From IMG/VR virus record IMGVR_UViG_3300037247_000810, positions 1 to 64,000 of that record: 64,000 nt of DNA. One strand, 5' to 3'. The stretch is from a virus. This document shows positions 21,198 through 31,168 of the stretch, one piece after another. The notes beneath the pieces are model-generated. The model was not told the DNA's origin. It saw only the letters and a program-made list of their open reading frames with translations, and ran no database searches. A program made the translations under genes and the position numbers. Every line of letters begins with the position of its first letter. Position 1 is the stretch's first letter.

Positions 21198-21578
21198 TTA
21201 GTGAACCGGGCCGAGATCAGGCCAGTTGTGGGCCTCGCCGTCCGTGGCAAGGCGCTCGTTATCCGTCGGCGCGTCCGCCACGATGCGAAGCTCCTGACGG
21301 AGATGGTTAGCCCGGCTTCCGATCCAGGTCAGCAACTCCGCGATGTTCGGGGCGACCTGGACATTAGCACCCCCCGGCCCGACGGCGGCCACCAGCCGCT
21401 CGGCCAGCCGGTTTCGCGCGACACCGCTATTCTGGGCCTGCCAGACGGCCTCGATCAGACCGGACAGGTAGCCCAGGAAGAGGGCTTCCGCCGCATCGTC
21501 AATGTCGGCGGCGGGCTCAAATTGATCTGCGCACGCGCTTACCTCGTCTTCGCCAGTGTATGGTGCTGCAAGTCCCAT
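21198..21578 (-). CDS. hypothetical protein
   Basis: AAAGGAG RBS; within tail operon. Confidence 0.6.
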   Translation of the reverse strand: MGLAAPYTGEDEVSACADQFEPAADIDDAAEALFLGYLSGLIEAVWQAQNSGVARNRLAERLVAAVGPGGANVQVAPNIAELLTWIGSRANHLRQELRIVADAPTDNERLATDGEAHNWPDLGPVH

Positions 21579-21628
21579 GATATTTCTCCTTTACAGGGCA
21601 GTTGGCCCGCCCCAACTATCCGCTTAGA

Positions 21629-22243
21629 TTAGTTAAGTTCAATGCCCACTTGGAACAGCGTACCGAAGTCGCCGCGCGTTAGATCAGCAATGGCCTTGAA
21701 CGTCACCTTGAGCAGCGTGTCGCCAGCCTTCGTATATCGCGCTGCTGCCGCCTCGCTCTGGTACGCCTGGTGCAGAAGCACGTAGGTGTACCGCTGGTCG
21801 ACGCCCGACGTGTTCGGGATTGGGGCGACCAGGACGATGGCCTGGAGCGTTACCTCACCGGCCCCAGCGGCGATGCCGAGGATGCGACCACCCTCGTGAA
21901 TATCCATCGTAGCAGCGTCACCCGGAGCGGCGACGTTCGCCGTCTGCACCATCGCGGCCAGGAAGTCGTTGATGTTCGCCTGGCTGTACTCCTTCATCGT
22001 GAACTCAAGCTGTGCCGACTCCTCCGTGGCGAATACGCCCACGGGGGCGAGCGACTGTTCGGCTCCGACCTCGAAATACGTGACCTCGTAGGTGAAGACA
22101 GCCTCACCTTCGGTCAATCCAACCTCGACGCCCGTGGTTGGTACACCGTTGGCGATGTTGAGAGCTACACCCTGCGCTGGCGGCGTAACGCCCATATAGA
22201 TGCGGCCTGCGCCGACGCGAATGTTTGCTGCGGTAAGAGCCAT
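21629..22243 (-). CDS. major tail (tube) protein
   Basis: NIRVGAGRIY, VGLTEG.A.FTY, LKVTFKA pattern; position. Confidence 0.8.
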   Translation of the reverse strand: MALTAANIRVGAGRIYMGVTPPAQGVALNIANGVPTTGVEVGLTEGEAVFTYEVTYFEVGAEQSLAPVGVFATEESAQLEFTMKEYSQANINDFLAAMVQTANVAAPGDAATMDIHEGGRILGIAAGAGEVTLQAIVLVAPIPNTSGVDQRYTYVLLHQAYQSEAAAARYTKAGDTLLKVTFKAIADLTRGDFGTLFQVGIELN

Positions 22244-22248
22244 GACTT

Positions 22249-22770
22249 TTACTCCTTATCTTCGTTGTCGCCGTCGCCAACCTCAACTGGATCGGGATCG
22301 GGTTCAATGCTTTCCTTCGGCTCCGCAATGGGCTCCGGCTCCGCAATGGGCTCCGGCTCCGCAATGGGCTCCGGCTCCGCAATGGGCTCCGGCTCCGCAA
22401 TGGGCTCCGGCTCCGTGGCGCGGCGAGCGTCACGACTCGCCCTACCATTATCGAATTGTGCTCGCCTTGGCTGATACTCGTCTTCGCGGGATAGGCACTG
22501 GCGATGCTGCGCCTCCCACTCATGGAAGAACCAGTCGACGTCTTCGGCCGCAATCTTGAACGGGGTGCGCGGGGCAATCTCATACGCATTGCCGCTTGGT
22601 GCAACGGCCCGGACATGAATATCACCCGCCGGGTCGAAGATCGCCCAAACCACCGACGACCTGCGGGCCATTGGCGGTGCTGCACCCATCGTCCTCTTGC
22701 GTCGAGCCACGATTAACTCCTCCCTTTGATCGTATTCGGCCAAGCGCAAGTGCGCAACGGTTTGGGCCAC
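22249..22770 (-). CDS. hypothetical protein with EPIAEP repeats (true start may be ATG 22690)
   Basis: ORF with acidic proline-rich tail. Confidence 0.6.
   Translation of the reverse strand: MAQTVAHLRLAEYDQREELIVARRKRTMGAAPPMARRSSVVWAIFDPAGDIHVRAVAPSGNAYEIAPRTPFKIAAEDVDWFFHEWEAQHRQCLSREDEYQPRRAQFDNGRASRDARRATEPEPIAEPEPIAEPEPIAEPEPIAEPEPIAEPKESIEPDPDPVEVGDGDNEDKE
22318..22415. repeat. 18-bp tandem repeat, about 5 copies (CGGCTCCGCAATGGGCTC)
   Basis: Seen directly; encodes EPIAEP. Confidence 0.95.
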
Positions 22771-22773
22771 TTC
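22757..22773 (-). promoter_or_regulatory. late-region motif GAAGTGGCCCAAACCGT
   Basis: One of six copies in the structural operon. Confidence 0.55.
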
Positions 22774-22774
22774 G

Positions 22775-23221
22775 CTAGGCGGGCAGCAGGGCGACTGCTG
22801 CTACTTTGCAATGATAGACGGAGATTGTGTGCCACACCTTCTGATCGACTTCATAGCTACGGGTCGAGGGGCCTTCTTGGAGGAAGAACCACGCCAGCAT
22901 ATTCGCCGTGGCAACATCCGCCCCATCCAGGAGGTTCCGAACCCGATCCTCGATCTGGTCGAGTCGGTCGCTGTCTGTGTCTCGGCCGAATACGTGAATC
23001 TCTAGGCGAATCTCGCGGATCGCCTGGGTCTGCTCCGTACCATCTGACACATCGCTGAGCTTATTCTGAGTTACCCAATAGTGGTTCCGCAGTGCCGCCT
23101 CACTATGAAACTGCACGTAACTTTGATATACATGAGGATCATCTAGATCGCCGCCCAGCAGCCCACGGAGCGTATCGTCTGCGGTAAGGATTGCGTGGAT
23201 GCTCTCGTAGAGAACAAGCAT
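22775..23221 (-). CDS. tail terminator-like protein
   Basis: [13 protein letters not shown]...LEIHVF...[10 protein letters not shown] pattern; directly upstream of tail genes. Confidence 0.7.
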   Translation of the reverse strand: MLVLYESIHAILTADDTLRGLLGGDLDDPHVYQSYVQFHSEAALRNHYWVTQNKLSDVSDGTEQTQAIREIRLEIHVFGRDTDSDRLDQIEDRVRNLLDGADVATANMLAWFFLQEGPSTRSYEVDQKVWHTISVYHCKVAAVALLPA

Positions 23222-23294
23222 TAGGCCGTCCCCCCTTCACCATCTACCAACCCGGCCGTATAGACCCAATCGTCGTGTGACGGATACATCAGCC

Positions 23295-23651
23295 CTACAG
23301 CACGTGCACGGCGCACACGCGAGCGTTCGCGCTCACAGCGTCGTAATCAATCTGCACCGTACCGTCGGTCTGGTTATACAGCAGTGGCGGGAACGGGCCG
23401 AATACGCCTGGGTTGTCGACTGTCACGGTGAACGCGGCGTCGTTCTCGGTGCGGCCATACGGGTCAGCGACCTGTTGGATGGTGACTGCGGTCGCTTGGA
23501 CGGAAGCCGCGCCCAGACCGTTGATGAACAGAACGATGACGCGGCCGTTGGCGTTGGCCACCTCTGCGCCATTACCCGCGTTTGGGGTAGTCAATGCTGG
23601 GAGGACGCCTGCGCGCACCGTGTTGGTAACTGTGATGGTGTCTCGTGCCAT
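23295..23651 (-). CDS. virion decoration-like protein, paralog 2
   Basis: Close paralog of 23683-24039. Confidence 0.6.
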   Translation of the reverse strand: MARDTITVTNTVRAGVLPALTTPNAGNGAEVANANGRVIVLFINGLGAASVQATAVTIQQVADPYGRTENDAAFTVTVDNPGVFGPFPPLLYNQTDGTVQIDYDAVSANARVCAVHVL

Positions 23652-23682
23652 GATTGATTACTCCTTCTTTTCCGTCGCGCCG

Positions 23683-24039
23683 CTAGAGCACGGCCAGGCC
23701 GAATACCCGGATATTGGCTGCGGTAGCGTCGTAGTCGAACTGAATGGTGCCGTCACTCTGGCTGTACAGCAGTGGCGGGAACGGGCCGAGCACGCCCACT
23801 GTGTTAGCGGTGACAGAGAACGCGGCGTCGTTCTCGGTGCGGCCATACGGGTCAGCGATCTGCTGGATGGTGACTTCCGTGGCTCCGGCTCCGGCTCCGC
23901 CCAGACCGTTCACTACCACGAGGAGAACGTTACCGCCGCCATTGGCCATTTCCCCGTTGTTCGCCGCGACCGGGGCAGTGTGCGCCGGAAGAACGCCTGT
24001 GCGAACAGTGCTGGTGACTGTAATGGTATCTCGTGCCAT
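23683..24039 (-). CDS. virion decoration-like protein, paralog 1
   Basis: MARDTITVT...GPFPPLLY.Q.DGT shared with neighbour. Confidence 0.6.
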   Translation of the reverse strand: MARDTITVTSTVRTGVLPAHTAPVAANNGEMANGGGNVLLVVVNGLGGAGAGATEVTIQQIADPYGRTENDAAFSVTANTVGVLGPFPPLLYSQSDGTIQFDYDATAANIRVFGLAVL

Positions 24040-24042
24040 AAT

Positions 24043-24180
24043 CTACTCCTTCTCGACCTTGGTCGTCTTCAGCGGCAGGCCCTCACCATTCGACTTGGCC
24101 TGGCCACGGTCAAACGTGACGCGCTTGCCATCAGGCGTGCGCCCACTTCCAACCTTGTGATCATTGAGCTTGGTCGCCAT
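24043..24180 (-). CDS. 45-aa basic hypothetical protein
   Basis: AAGGAGGAG RBS; MATKLNDHKVGSG...VEKE. Confidence 0.6.
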   Translation of the reverse strand: MATKLNDHKVGSGRTPDGKRVTFDRGQAKSNGEGLPLKTTKVEKE

Positions 24181-24225
24181 TGATGTTCTCCTCCTTCAGT
24201 TTACGCGGCCAGCCAGCAGCCCGCT

Positions 24226-24242
24226 ACGGTTTGGGCCACTTC
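24226..24242 (-). promoter_or_regulatory. late-region motif GAAGTGGCCCAAACCGT
   Basis: Intergenic copy right after a stop codon. Confidence 0.55.
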
Positions 24243-24649
24243 TACGGCTCGCCGCCTCGGTTCGCCCACGGCTCGCTCTCCTGACTGTAGGATTCTACCC
24301 GCAGGTACTGGTGGTGGCCGCGCCCTGCCTCGTCCAGCACCGCCATAACGCGGTAGACCCGCAGAGGATCAGTGCCTTCTTCCTCGATAAGATCGTCAAG
24401 TTGTGCGTTTGCACTGTTCACGGGATCGCCCAGCCAGAGTCGATATTCGTCCACCCGCACCAAGCCGCCCGGCTTCGGGCGCTGCGGCGGCGGCGGTAGA
24501 TTTGAGAGCACGTGCGGCTGAATGGTGCCGGGCACACCAGTAGCCACGACCGCAGCATCGGCCTCGGAGACCGAGCCGGAGCCGGTCACGGCCCGTTGCC
24601 TGCGGCGAATGGTGAACGTTGTGTTAAAACCGAGCAATCGTCGCGGCAT
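24242..24649 (-). CDS. head closure / head-tail adaptor
   Basis: FNTTFTIRR...YRVMAVLDEAGRGHH pattern; follows connector. Confidence 0.7.
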   Translation of the reverse strand: MPRRLLGFNTTFTIRRRQRAVTGSGSVSEADAAVVATGVPGTIQPHVLSNLPPPPQRPKPGGLVRVDEYRLWLGDPVNSANAQLDDLIEEEGTDPLRVYRVMAVLDEAGRGHHQYLRVESYSQESEPWANRGGEP

Positions 24650-24651
24650 AG

Positions 24652-25554
24652 CTACCTCAGCGTGACCATCCTATAAGGCTCAAGGAGCATCTGAGCCACG
24701 TCAGGGATGAAGGGGTAGCCCGAACCGCTGCCGCCCTGCGTCTTGGCCCCGTAGCTCACACTGTACGCGCCAATCATGAAGCTGCGGACGCCGGTCACAC
24801 CTTCCTCGTTCTGGCGGCGGGCCGCGATCAGTGAGGCCACAACCACTGCCACCGCTAGCTCAATTTCCTCATCGAGTGCCAGTGTCAGCAAGGAAACGGC
24901 TGCGCCATTCAAATGTGTGTCCGCGACCGCGTTCATCTGCGCCGCCCGTACCACGGTCAGCGTAATACCGACGATGGCGTCAATCCACATGGACTCCGCG
25001 CCCACCTGAATCACATCACCGACGGCGAGGGCCGCGGCACTGGCCACGTCGACGTTCGTCTGCGATTCATCTAGGGCCGCGGTGAGAGTCGTGTTTGCCA
25101 CATAGGACACACCACTCGGCTCACCGCTCCGGCGGCCGCCACCCGTCTTGTACGTTAGCTCAGCGACAATCTCAGTCAGGCCAAGGGAGACAAGCTCCGC
25201 TGATAGGCCCACAGCCGTCGCCAGGGACACGACCTCGATGTAGCCACCCTGATTGTTCGGGAACAGGTCGGGCGGGTTGATGTCCGCCGTCTGGCCACCG
25301 CCGATGTGGAGCCGCAGAAGGCGGGCCGCGTGCACCGGCAATGATGTGGGGTAGAAGCGGCGGGCCTGCGTCCAGCGCTGTCGCTCGTTCATCGTGATGA
25401 CCCCGAAGCTGCCGTGGATGTAGCTGTCCACCAGCCGACTGGCCTGACGGATGTAGTCAAGAAGCTGGGCGTCGGTAATGCCGGTCAAATCCAAGCCAGT
25501 CAAGTGATCTTGAAATTCGACGGCGGTCAAATATGCGGTGCCCGTGAGTGCGAT
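24652..25554 (-). CDS. head-tail connector with inserted domain, probable ATC start
   Basis: YLT..EF...ASRLVDSYI, SFMIGAYSVSY, LLEPYR motifs; GGAGG 6 nt before ATC. Confidence 0.75.
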   Translation of the reverse strand: MALTGTAYLTAVEFQDHLTGLDLTGITDAQLLDYIRQASRLVDSYIHGSFGVITMNERQRWTQARRFYPTSLPVHAARLLRLHIGGGQTADINPPDLFPNNQGGYIEVVSLATAVGLSAELVSLGLTEIVAELTYKTGGGRRSGEPSGVSYVANTTLTAALDESQTNVDVASAAALAVGDVIQVGAESMWIDAIVGITLTVVRAAQMNAVADTHLNGAAVSLLTLALDEEIELAVAVVVASLIAARRQNEEGVTGVRSFMIGAYSVSYGAKTQGGSGSGYPFIPDVAQMLLEPYRMVTLR

Positions 25555-25555
25555 G

Positions 25556-26131
25556 TTACACCTCCATCGAGATTTTTTCTTGAGCGCGTTCTCGATAGCG
25601 CTTCTGGCCCTCACTCAAGCAGACTTTGCACTTCCGCTTGCCGGAGCCAGGATAAACATACGTCGCGCCCTCACCTTGAAGATGCCCATTGTAGCATCGC
25701 GTTCGATTCGGGCCTTTGGCATCGAGTAGCCATCGTTCCGGTGAAATGTCCTTGCGCCTTCGATTGCCAGCAAGCTCGCACAAGCGACAAGTGCGCGTAT
25801 ACCCGTTTCCCCGTGGTCGAATGCGCGTATTCAATTCGCTGTAAGGGTGTCCCTGCGGGCAATGGGTTTTTCGACTGCTGCCGTTAGCGCTAATGTTGCA
25901 CCGTAGATGACTGAAGGCGATGTTCTCTAGGTCAAAGAAGCTCGCCTTCGGATCGCTGGCTCCTTGCCACGGCTCCTTGTGCTCGATGGACAGATCGTCG
26001 ACGTCTTCGATCTGCTGGCCGCATTGGAAACAACTGTCCTGGCCCGTATCTTGAATCAGCTTCATAATAATCATCCGATCCAAGCGATGATTCAATGCGC
26101 CCTTGCCCAAAATCCTGCGAATTGCGTTCAT
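25556..26131 (-). CDS. HNH homing endonuclease-like protein
   Basis: CFQCG...SIEHKEP...N....HLRCN, plus THCPQGHPY...CRLC type zinc repeats. Confidence 0.8.
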   Translation of the reverse strand: MNAIRRILGKGALNHRLDRMIIMKLIQDTGQDSCFQCGQQIEDVDDLSIEHKEPWQGASDPKASFFDLENIAFSHLRCNISANGSSRKTHCPQGHPYSELNTRIRPRGNGYTRTCRLCELAGNRRRKDISPERWLLDAKGPNRTRCYNGHLQGEGATYVYPGSGKRKCKVCLSEGQKRYRERAQEKISMEV

Positions 26132-26222
26132 ATCATAGCTCTCCTGGGGCCAGTATAGCAAATGAGGCAGGGCGTTTGATGCCCTGCCCCATGAGGTTTC
26201 CACTACGGCCTAGCCGTTAGGT

Positions 26223-27506
26223 CTAGGTCACGCGGAGCTTGCTGATGAAGTTCGGGACGCGGACGGCCACGCCGAACATGCCAACTAGGATATAGAGCTT
26301 GGTTAGCGCGCCGGTGACACCGAGCGGAAGCTCGATGACGGTTGGCGTGTCGCTGCCGAGATACGGCATCGACACTACGCTCTCGTCGATGACGAAGGCG
26401 TCGCTGATACCCGCGTCACCACCGACCGTGTACACCGTCGCGTCAGCGCCCGGAATCTTGATGACCGGGACTACGCCGGAACCAGACAGGTTCACGCCGG
26501 TGACGTTCGGCAGACCCGGAACGACCTCGACCCGCTCGCTCTCGATGAAGCGACGGAACGGCTGAAGCTCGTTCTCGAACTGAACGGCGTCGGTGACTCG
26601 CAGCAGGACGACGCTGGACAGTCCACCAAGGTTGACGGCCAATGCGTCAGCCTGGTTCAGACCTTCCAGAATGGTGTCCGCACCGAGGGCGCGGATGTTA
26701 GCCGCCGGAACCGTGCGACGGAGACCGTCGAACGAGTTGGCGTCGTACAGTCCATCGACCGTGTTCAGGGTGCCCGCAACAATGGTCGCGTTGCCCTGAA
26801 GGTAGGTCTGCTGAAGCTGCGCGGCGATGGCCTCGATACCGAAGGTGATCTCCTGCTGCTCCGTGTTCCACGGCATTCCGCCAGCAGCCACCGAGAGGGA
26901 CTGCTTGAGGGATGTACCGACTCGCAGGGCCAGCACAGCGATGTTGCTGGTTGCCCGCGTGTACACGCTCTGGCTGTCTGGGACGGCTGCCGTCTCAGCG
27001 ATGAAGGTCGCTGCCGGTCGCTGATCCACACGCTGATACGAGTGAACGAGACCGTTCGCCGGAACCTTGTCGACTCGCGCGAACGCCGGGAAGCGCCGCA
27101 CGAACGCCGCGTGAATCAGCGGCTCCAAGTCCTGACGGATCAGAACGTTGCCGCTCACGGTGTCGATGAACTTGGCGAGTTCTGGATCGGCAACCATCTT
27201 AGCTGCCGTTTCCTTGTTCGCCCAGGCCGCGAAGGGGATGCCCGCGCCCTGTTCCGAGCCGTACTCAAGCTGGTCGCGGATTGCGGCCTTTAGCTGAGCC
27301 GGAGGTAGGCGAAGCGCCTGCGCGCGCATCTTCTCGATCTCCAGAGCACGAACGCGCTGGACACCGCGAACGGTGCCGCCTTCCTTGTGGGTCTCGTCGT
27401 CCGGCGTCTCGGATGCAGACGGCGGCTGGCTGAGGCCAACTAGGCCCGCCTTGATTTCATCCAGACGTTCGACGACGCCATTGATGTCTAGTTCGCCGGT
27501 AGCCAT
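26223..27506 (-). CDS. major capsid protein
   Basis: Follows protease/scaffold; LIRQDLEP, LQGN...FDGL motifs; 427 aa. Confidence 0.85.
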   Translation of the reverse strand: MATGELDINGVVERLDEIKAGLVGLSQPPSASETPDDETHKEGGTVRGVQRVRALEIEKMRAQALRLPPAQLKAAIRDQLEYGSEQGAGIPFAAWANKETAAKMVADPELAKFIDTVSGNVLIRQDLEPLIHAAFVRRFPAFARVDKVPANGLVHSYQRVDQRPAATFIAETAAVPDSQSVYTRATSNIAVLALRVGTSLKQSLSVAAGGMPWNTEQQEITFGIEAIAAQLQQTYLQGNATIVAGTLNTVDGLYDANSFDGLRRTVPAANIRALGADTILEGLNQADALAVNLGGLSSVVLLRVTDAVQFENELQPFRRFIESERVEVVPGLPNVTGVNLSGSGVVPVIKIPGADATVYTVGGDAGISDAFVIDESVVSMPYLGSDTPTVIELPLGVTGALTKLYILVGMFGVAVRVPNFISKLRVT

Positions 27507-27521
27507 GATTATTTACTCCTT

Positions 27522-29546
27522 CTACTGGGGATCGGTTGGCGCGAAACGAGCCATCCGCTCCACTACTCTAGTATCCAACAGCGGGAACCTGGCCGCAAGG
27601 CTTTGGGCCACTTCCCCATCGCGTGTGGTCACAGTCTGGAGCGGAAGCTGCATCAGCGTCTCCATCACCTGCTCCATATACTTGATGGCCTTGGCGTACT
27701 GCTCGTTCTTTTCACGGAGCTTCGTGTTGTCCTCAGCAATAGCCTCGCCAGCGTCACCGATCTCCTTGACCTTTGCCGCAACATCCTCGAAGCCCGCCAC
27801 GTTGCACTCTACCCCATCCTCCTCGGCGATGAGGTCGTGCAGGTGAGCGCTCACGTTGAAGCTCTCATCGGGCTCGACGTCCTTGCTCTCATCCAGATGC
27901 TCGATGGTCTCGCCCCAAGACTCTTCGATGTAGTCCTTCCAGGAGTCGATGACCTCGGCTCCTGCCTTGGCGCGCTCACCAGAGTTCAGATCGGTGTTCA
28001 GGATGATTCCGATCAAGTTGCTGAGCGCGACGCGGAAGCCGGTGTACATCTTGTCGATGAGCAGGTCGGCAGCCTCATCAGCGGCCACGTCATCCTCGAA
28101 GTCGTCCTTCTTTTCGCCCTCGGTCTTGGACTCATCGGCCTCGGTCTCGTCGACGTTCTCGTCCTTCTCCTCGTCCTCGGACTTGGCCGCGTCCTTCTCC
28201 TCGTCGTCCTCTTCGGACTCGGACTCCACCTCATCCGCAGACTTGGACTCATCCTTGTTGTCGTCCTCGGACTTGGATTCGTCTGTCTCATCCGTCTGGG
28301 TGTCATCGGTGTCAGTCGAGTCCTCGACCTTCTCCTCGGACGCCTCAGCCTTGGTTTCGTCTTGCTCAGCCATATCGGCCTCCTTTTCGTCTTCCGGCCA
28401 GGTCGCCTCGGTGAAGTCTGGCAGGTCGATCTGTAGGTCTGCGGCGGCCTCTAGCTCAATGTCGAGCCAGCCCGCGCTCTTTTCACGCTCCCACGGAGCC
28501 TTTTCGTCAAACTGGTGGTAGTGCTTGGCAATGTGGGCCTTCACACTGCCCATATCGCCCTCTGGGATATTGACGCCGCCCCGGCCGCCCTGGATAACTA
28601 CTGCGGCAGCCACCGCGCCTCGGAACACCACTACGAGGCTACTGTTCACGATGTCGTGATGCGGGAGCTTGTATGCACCGAAGCCCTCCTTGTTGGGAGC
28701 ATCGAACCAGGTGAAGCCTGTCTTGTACTTGCCCCAGTTGATGTCCTCCTTAGCCGGGCCACCTGCCCAGGAGCGCAGGCGCTTCACGGCCGGGCCAGAC
28801 TGCCAGCTACGCGCTCGCGGGGCCTTCGCCGTGCTGTGAGAGCCAACTGCGCCCCTGCCGACGATCTCAAGTTCCTCGTAGGGAGCATCGGCGGCCTCCT
28901 TGGCCTGGACGACCGTCTTGAGCCACGGACGGGCTTCGACCTCGGTGTCGTCCAGATCGAGCGCGCCGCGCTCGAACAGTGACTTGATAGCCTGCCGCGT
29001 CCAAGCGGTCTGATTTGCCGGGATGCCGACCACCGATGCCTCCAGCGGAATCACCCCGCTAATGTCGAAGATGGTCTTGCCATACTCGTCCTCTTCCTCA
29101 GACTTCTCGGCCTCAGTGACGATCACGCCAACCGAAACGCCCATCCGGGTGCCGTTGACGACGTACTGGTACGTCTGGACGGCCAACGGGTTGTTCATCT
29201 CCACCCCGATTACCATATCGAGGTCGAGGCGACCCTCCCGCTTGACTAGCTCGGCGCTCTGTACCAGGCCGAAGACGTCTTGGGGCACCTTGTAGGAATG
29301 GTTCAGGAAAATCAGCTTGCCGACGAAGCCCTCCTTCATTTGCTTGAGAGCGTTCGCGGTGAAGCGGTCGGCCTCTAGGTCGACAGCCGTGCTGGATGCG
29401 GTGGCGAGCACTGTCGGTCGGCCGTCGCCATTATCCTCGTGTGCCTTCATCGCGTCGGTGTACACGAAAAAGTCTGGCACACGCACATCAGGTGCGTCAG
29501 CCCGACGCTCGGCCACGGCGGTCGGATTCTTCGTTGCCATAATCAT
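27522..29546 (-). CDS. prohead protease fused to acidic scaffold region
   Basis: VDLEADRF, FLNH, GVSVG, EASVVGIPANQ (HK97-type protease). Confidence 0.88.
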   Translation of the reverse strand: MIMATKNPTAVAERRADAPDVRVPDFFVYTDAMKAHEDNGDGRPTVLATASSTAVDLEADRFTANALKQMKEGFVGKLIFLNHSYKVPQDVFGLVQSAELVKREGRLDLDMVIGVEMNNPLAVQTYQYVVNGTRMGVSVGVIVTEAEKSEEEDEYGKTIFDISGVIPLEASVVGIPANQTAWTRQAIKSLFERGALDLDDTEVEARPWLKTVVQAKEAADAPYEELEIVGRGAVGSHSTAKAPRARSWQSGPAVKRLRSWAGGPAKEDINWGKYKTGFTWFDAPNKEGFGAYKLPHHDIVNSSLVVVFRGAVAAAVVIQGGRGGVNIPEGDMGSVKAHIAKHYHQFDEKAPWEREKSAGWLDIELEAAADLQIDLPDFTEATWPEDEKEADMAEQDETKAEASEEKVEDSTDTDDTQTDETDESKSEDDNKDESKSADEVESESEEDDEEKDAAKSEDEEKDENVDETEADESKTEGEKKDDFEDDVAADEAADLLIDKMYTGFRVALSNLIGIILNTDLNSGERAKAGAEVIDSWKDYIEESWGETIEHLDESKDVEPDESFNVSAHLHDLIAEEDGVECNVAGFEDVAAKVKEIGDAGEAIAEDNTKLREKNEQYAKAIKYMEQVMETLMQLPLQTVTTRDGEVAQSLAARFPLLDTRVVERMARFAPTDPQ

Positions 29547-29582
29547 TCTCCTTCAGTGTAGGGGCGTAGGCCCTGCTGCGCT

Positions 29583-29599
29583 ACGGTTTGGGCCACTTC
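29583..29599 (-). promoter_or_regulatory. late-region motif GAAGTGGCCCAAACCGT
   Basis: Intergenic copy between portal and protease. Confidence 0.55.
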
Positions 29600-29603
29600 G
29601 CTC

Positions 29604-31154
29604 CTAGTCCTCAACCTCGTCGCCGTCCTCATCGACCTCTACGGTCTGTGTGACGACAACGGGCTCCGGCGCGCGTTCTTGCGTACCAGCTACTGCGACT
29701 GGCGGCGTACCAGCGACAGCGGAGCCGCGGCCAAGAACCAGCGGCGCGTTCTGGAACAGGCCGTCCAAGTAACGCTTCTGATCCTCGGTCTGAGGCACCA
29801 TCGAACCGCCAATCATGTCCAGCGGCATCGCGCCGATTGGCGTCATCACAATAATTGTGTCGCCGCCCTCAACCGGGCCTTTACCGTCCTCGGCACGAAC
29901 CTCATTGACCGTATCCCACGGGATGCCTCCCAAGGCCCAGCGGTTGTAGTCTGCCTGATCGCGGGTGTTCTTGGCCGACCGCAACCGATACTTGAATGCG
30001 AGGTTCAGGACGTTCGCCGCGTGCAGCTTGCGGAAGACGTCAGCGTGGTCTCGCGGGCTGATGTGCGTCAGGGCGATAGCCAGGCGCATTGTCGTCACGT
30101 CGATCTCGCCCGCGTGCCATGCTTGCTTGGCCTTGGTGCGGGCGAAGTCCGCAATCACCTTAGCGTTGATCTCTTCCTCGATCAGCCGGAGGAGCGGCTT
30201 GAGACCGCGATCCTCGCTCAACTCCTGCTGGGTCGTGGCGTTAGCACGGTTCACGTCGAAAGTGATGCCCAAGTCCTGCGGGGCGATACCGAACACGGCC
30301 GCGATCTTGCGCAAGAGGTAGACCTGCCACTGCATGTACTGCATATCGCGGGCCGTTTGGCCGAGCTTGATGAAATCAGGGTTCTTGACGCCACCGATGA
30401 TGCCCATCTGCTTTTTACCGGCGACCTCGGCGTCCCAGTACACGCGGAATGAGTCCACGACGTTCGCACCCACGTTCTCGCCCAAATTCAGGATGCCGTT
30501 CGGCGAGGTCTGTCGCACCATGCGCGTATTGAAGTCGCGGGCGGCCAGGTCGGCGTCAATGGTGGCCTTCAGAGCCTCCAATGGCGAGAAGCCATCCACG
30601 CGGTGTGAGGTTGGGTTTGCCATCATCAGCACGATTTGCGTATCAAGCAGATTGGAGACGAATACGTTGTTGGGCCACCATGAATAGCGCGGATCGTTAG
30701 GATCACCGCTCCAGCGCGGGTTTGTGCGGATGCTCGCGCCATCCACCAGATACAACGCCACTGGGGAGCCGCCAACCGTGATCTCCTTCTCGATCACGCC
30801 CCGGTCGAGCACCAGGATGTCCTCAATTACTGGCTCGATCAGGGCGCGGAAGGACTTCTGCTTGTTATTCGGGTGCAGGAGCAGCAACTCGATGGTCGCC
30901 TGCAACTTCGGGTCGAATTTGGCCTTGTCGTCAATAGGCACGATGCCCCAGGACGACTGGGAAACTTGGACGCGCCGGTGGTTGATGGCCGCACGTACCC
31001 ACTCGGAAGTGTCCGCCCAATGTCGTAACTGGACAGCCTGTACCTTGACAACAGGTCGCGCCGAGGCAAGGCCACCGAATGGGTGAATGCGGTCGGGAGC
31101 CGTGACCTGATCCTTGACCACAATCTCCGCTGGTGCTGGGCCAACATTGAACAT
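29604..31154 (-). CDS. portal protein (HK97 family)
   Basis: HPN, GFSPLE, P.GIL, IAAVFGIAP, TVNEVRA..G..PVEGGD. Confidence 0.92.
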   Translation of the reverse strand: MFNVGPAPAEIVVKDQVTAPDRIHPFGGLASARPVVKVQAVQLRHWADTSEWVRAAINHRRVQVSQSSWGIVPIDDKAKFDPKLQATIELLLLHPNNKQKSFRALIEPVIEDILVLDRGVIEKEITVGGSPVALYLVDGASIRTNPRWSGDPNDPRYSWWPNNVFVSNLLDTQIVLMMANPTSHRVDGFSPLEALKATIDADLAARDFNTRMVRQTSPNGILNLGENVGANVVDSFRVYWDAEVAGKKQMGIIGGVKNPDFIKLGQTARDMQYMQWQVYLLRKIAAVFGIAPQDLGITFDVNRANATTQQELSEDRGLKPLLRLIEEEINAKVIADFARTKAKQAWHAGEIDVTTMRLAIALTHISPRDHADVFRKLHAANVLNLAFKYRLRSAKNTRDQADYNRWALGGIPWDTVNEVRAEDGKGPVEGGDTIIVMTPIGAMPLDMIGGSMVPQTEDQKRYLDGLFQNAPLVLGRGSAVAGTPPVAVAGTQERAPEPVVVTQTVEVDEDGDEVED

Positions 31155-31168
31155 GAGAGATTCCTTCT

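Noticed and set aside
25556-26203. Group I intron around the HNH gene
   Set aside because: Flanking capsid and connector genes are uninterrupted; the HNH gene is free-standing
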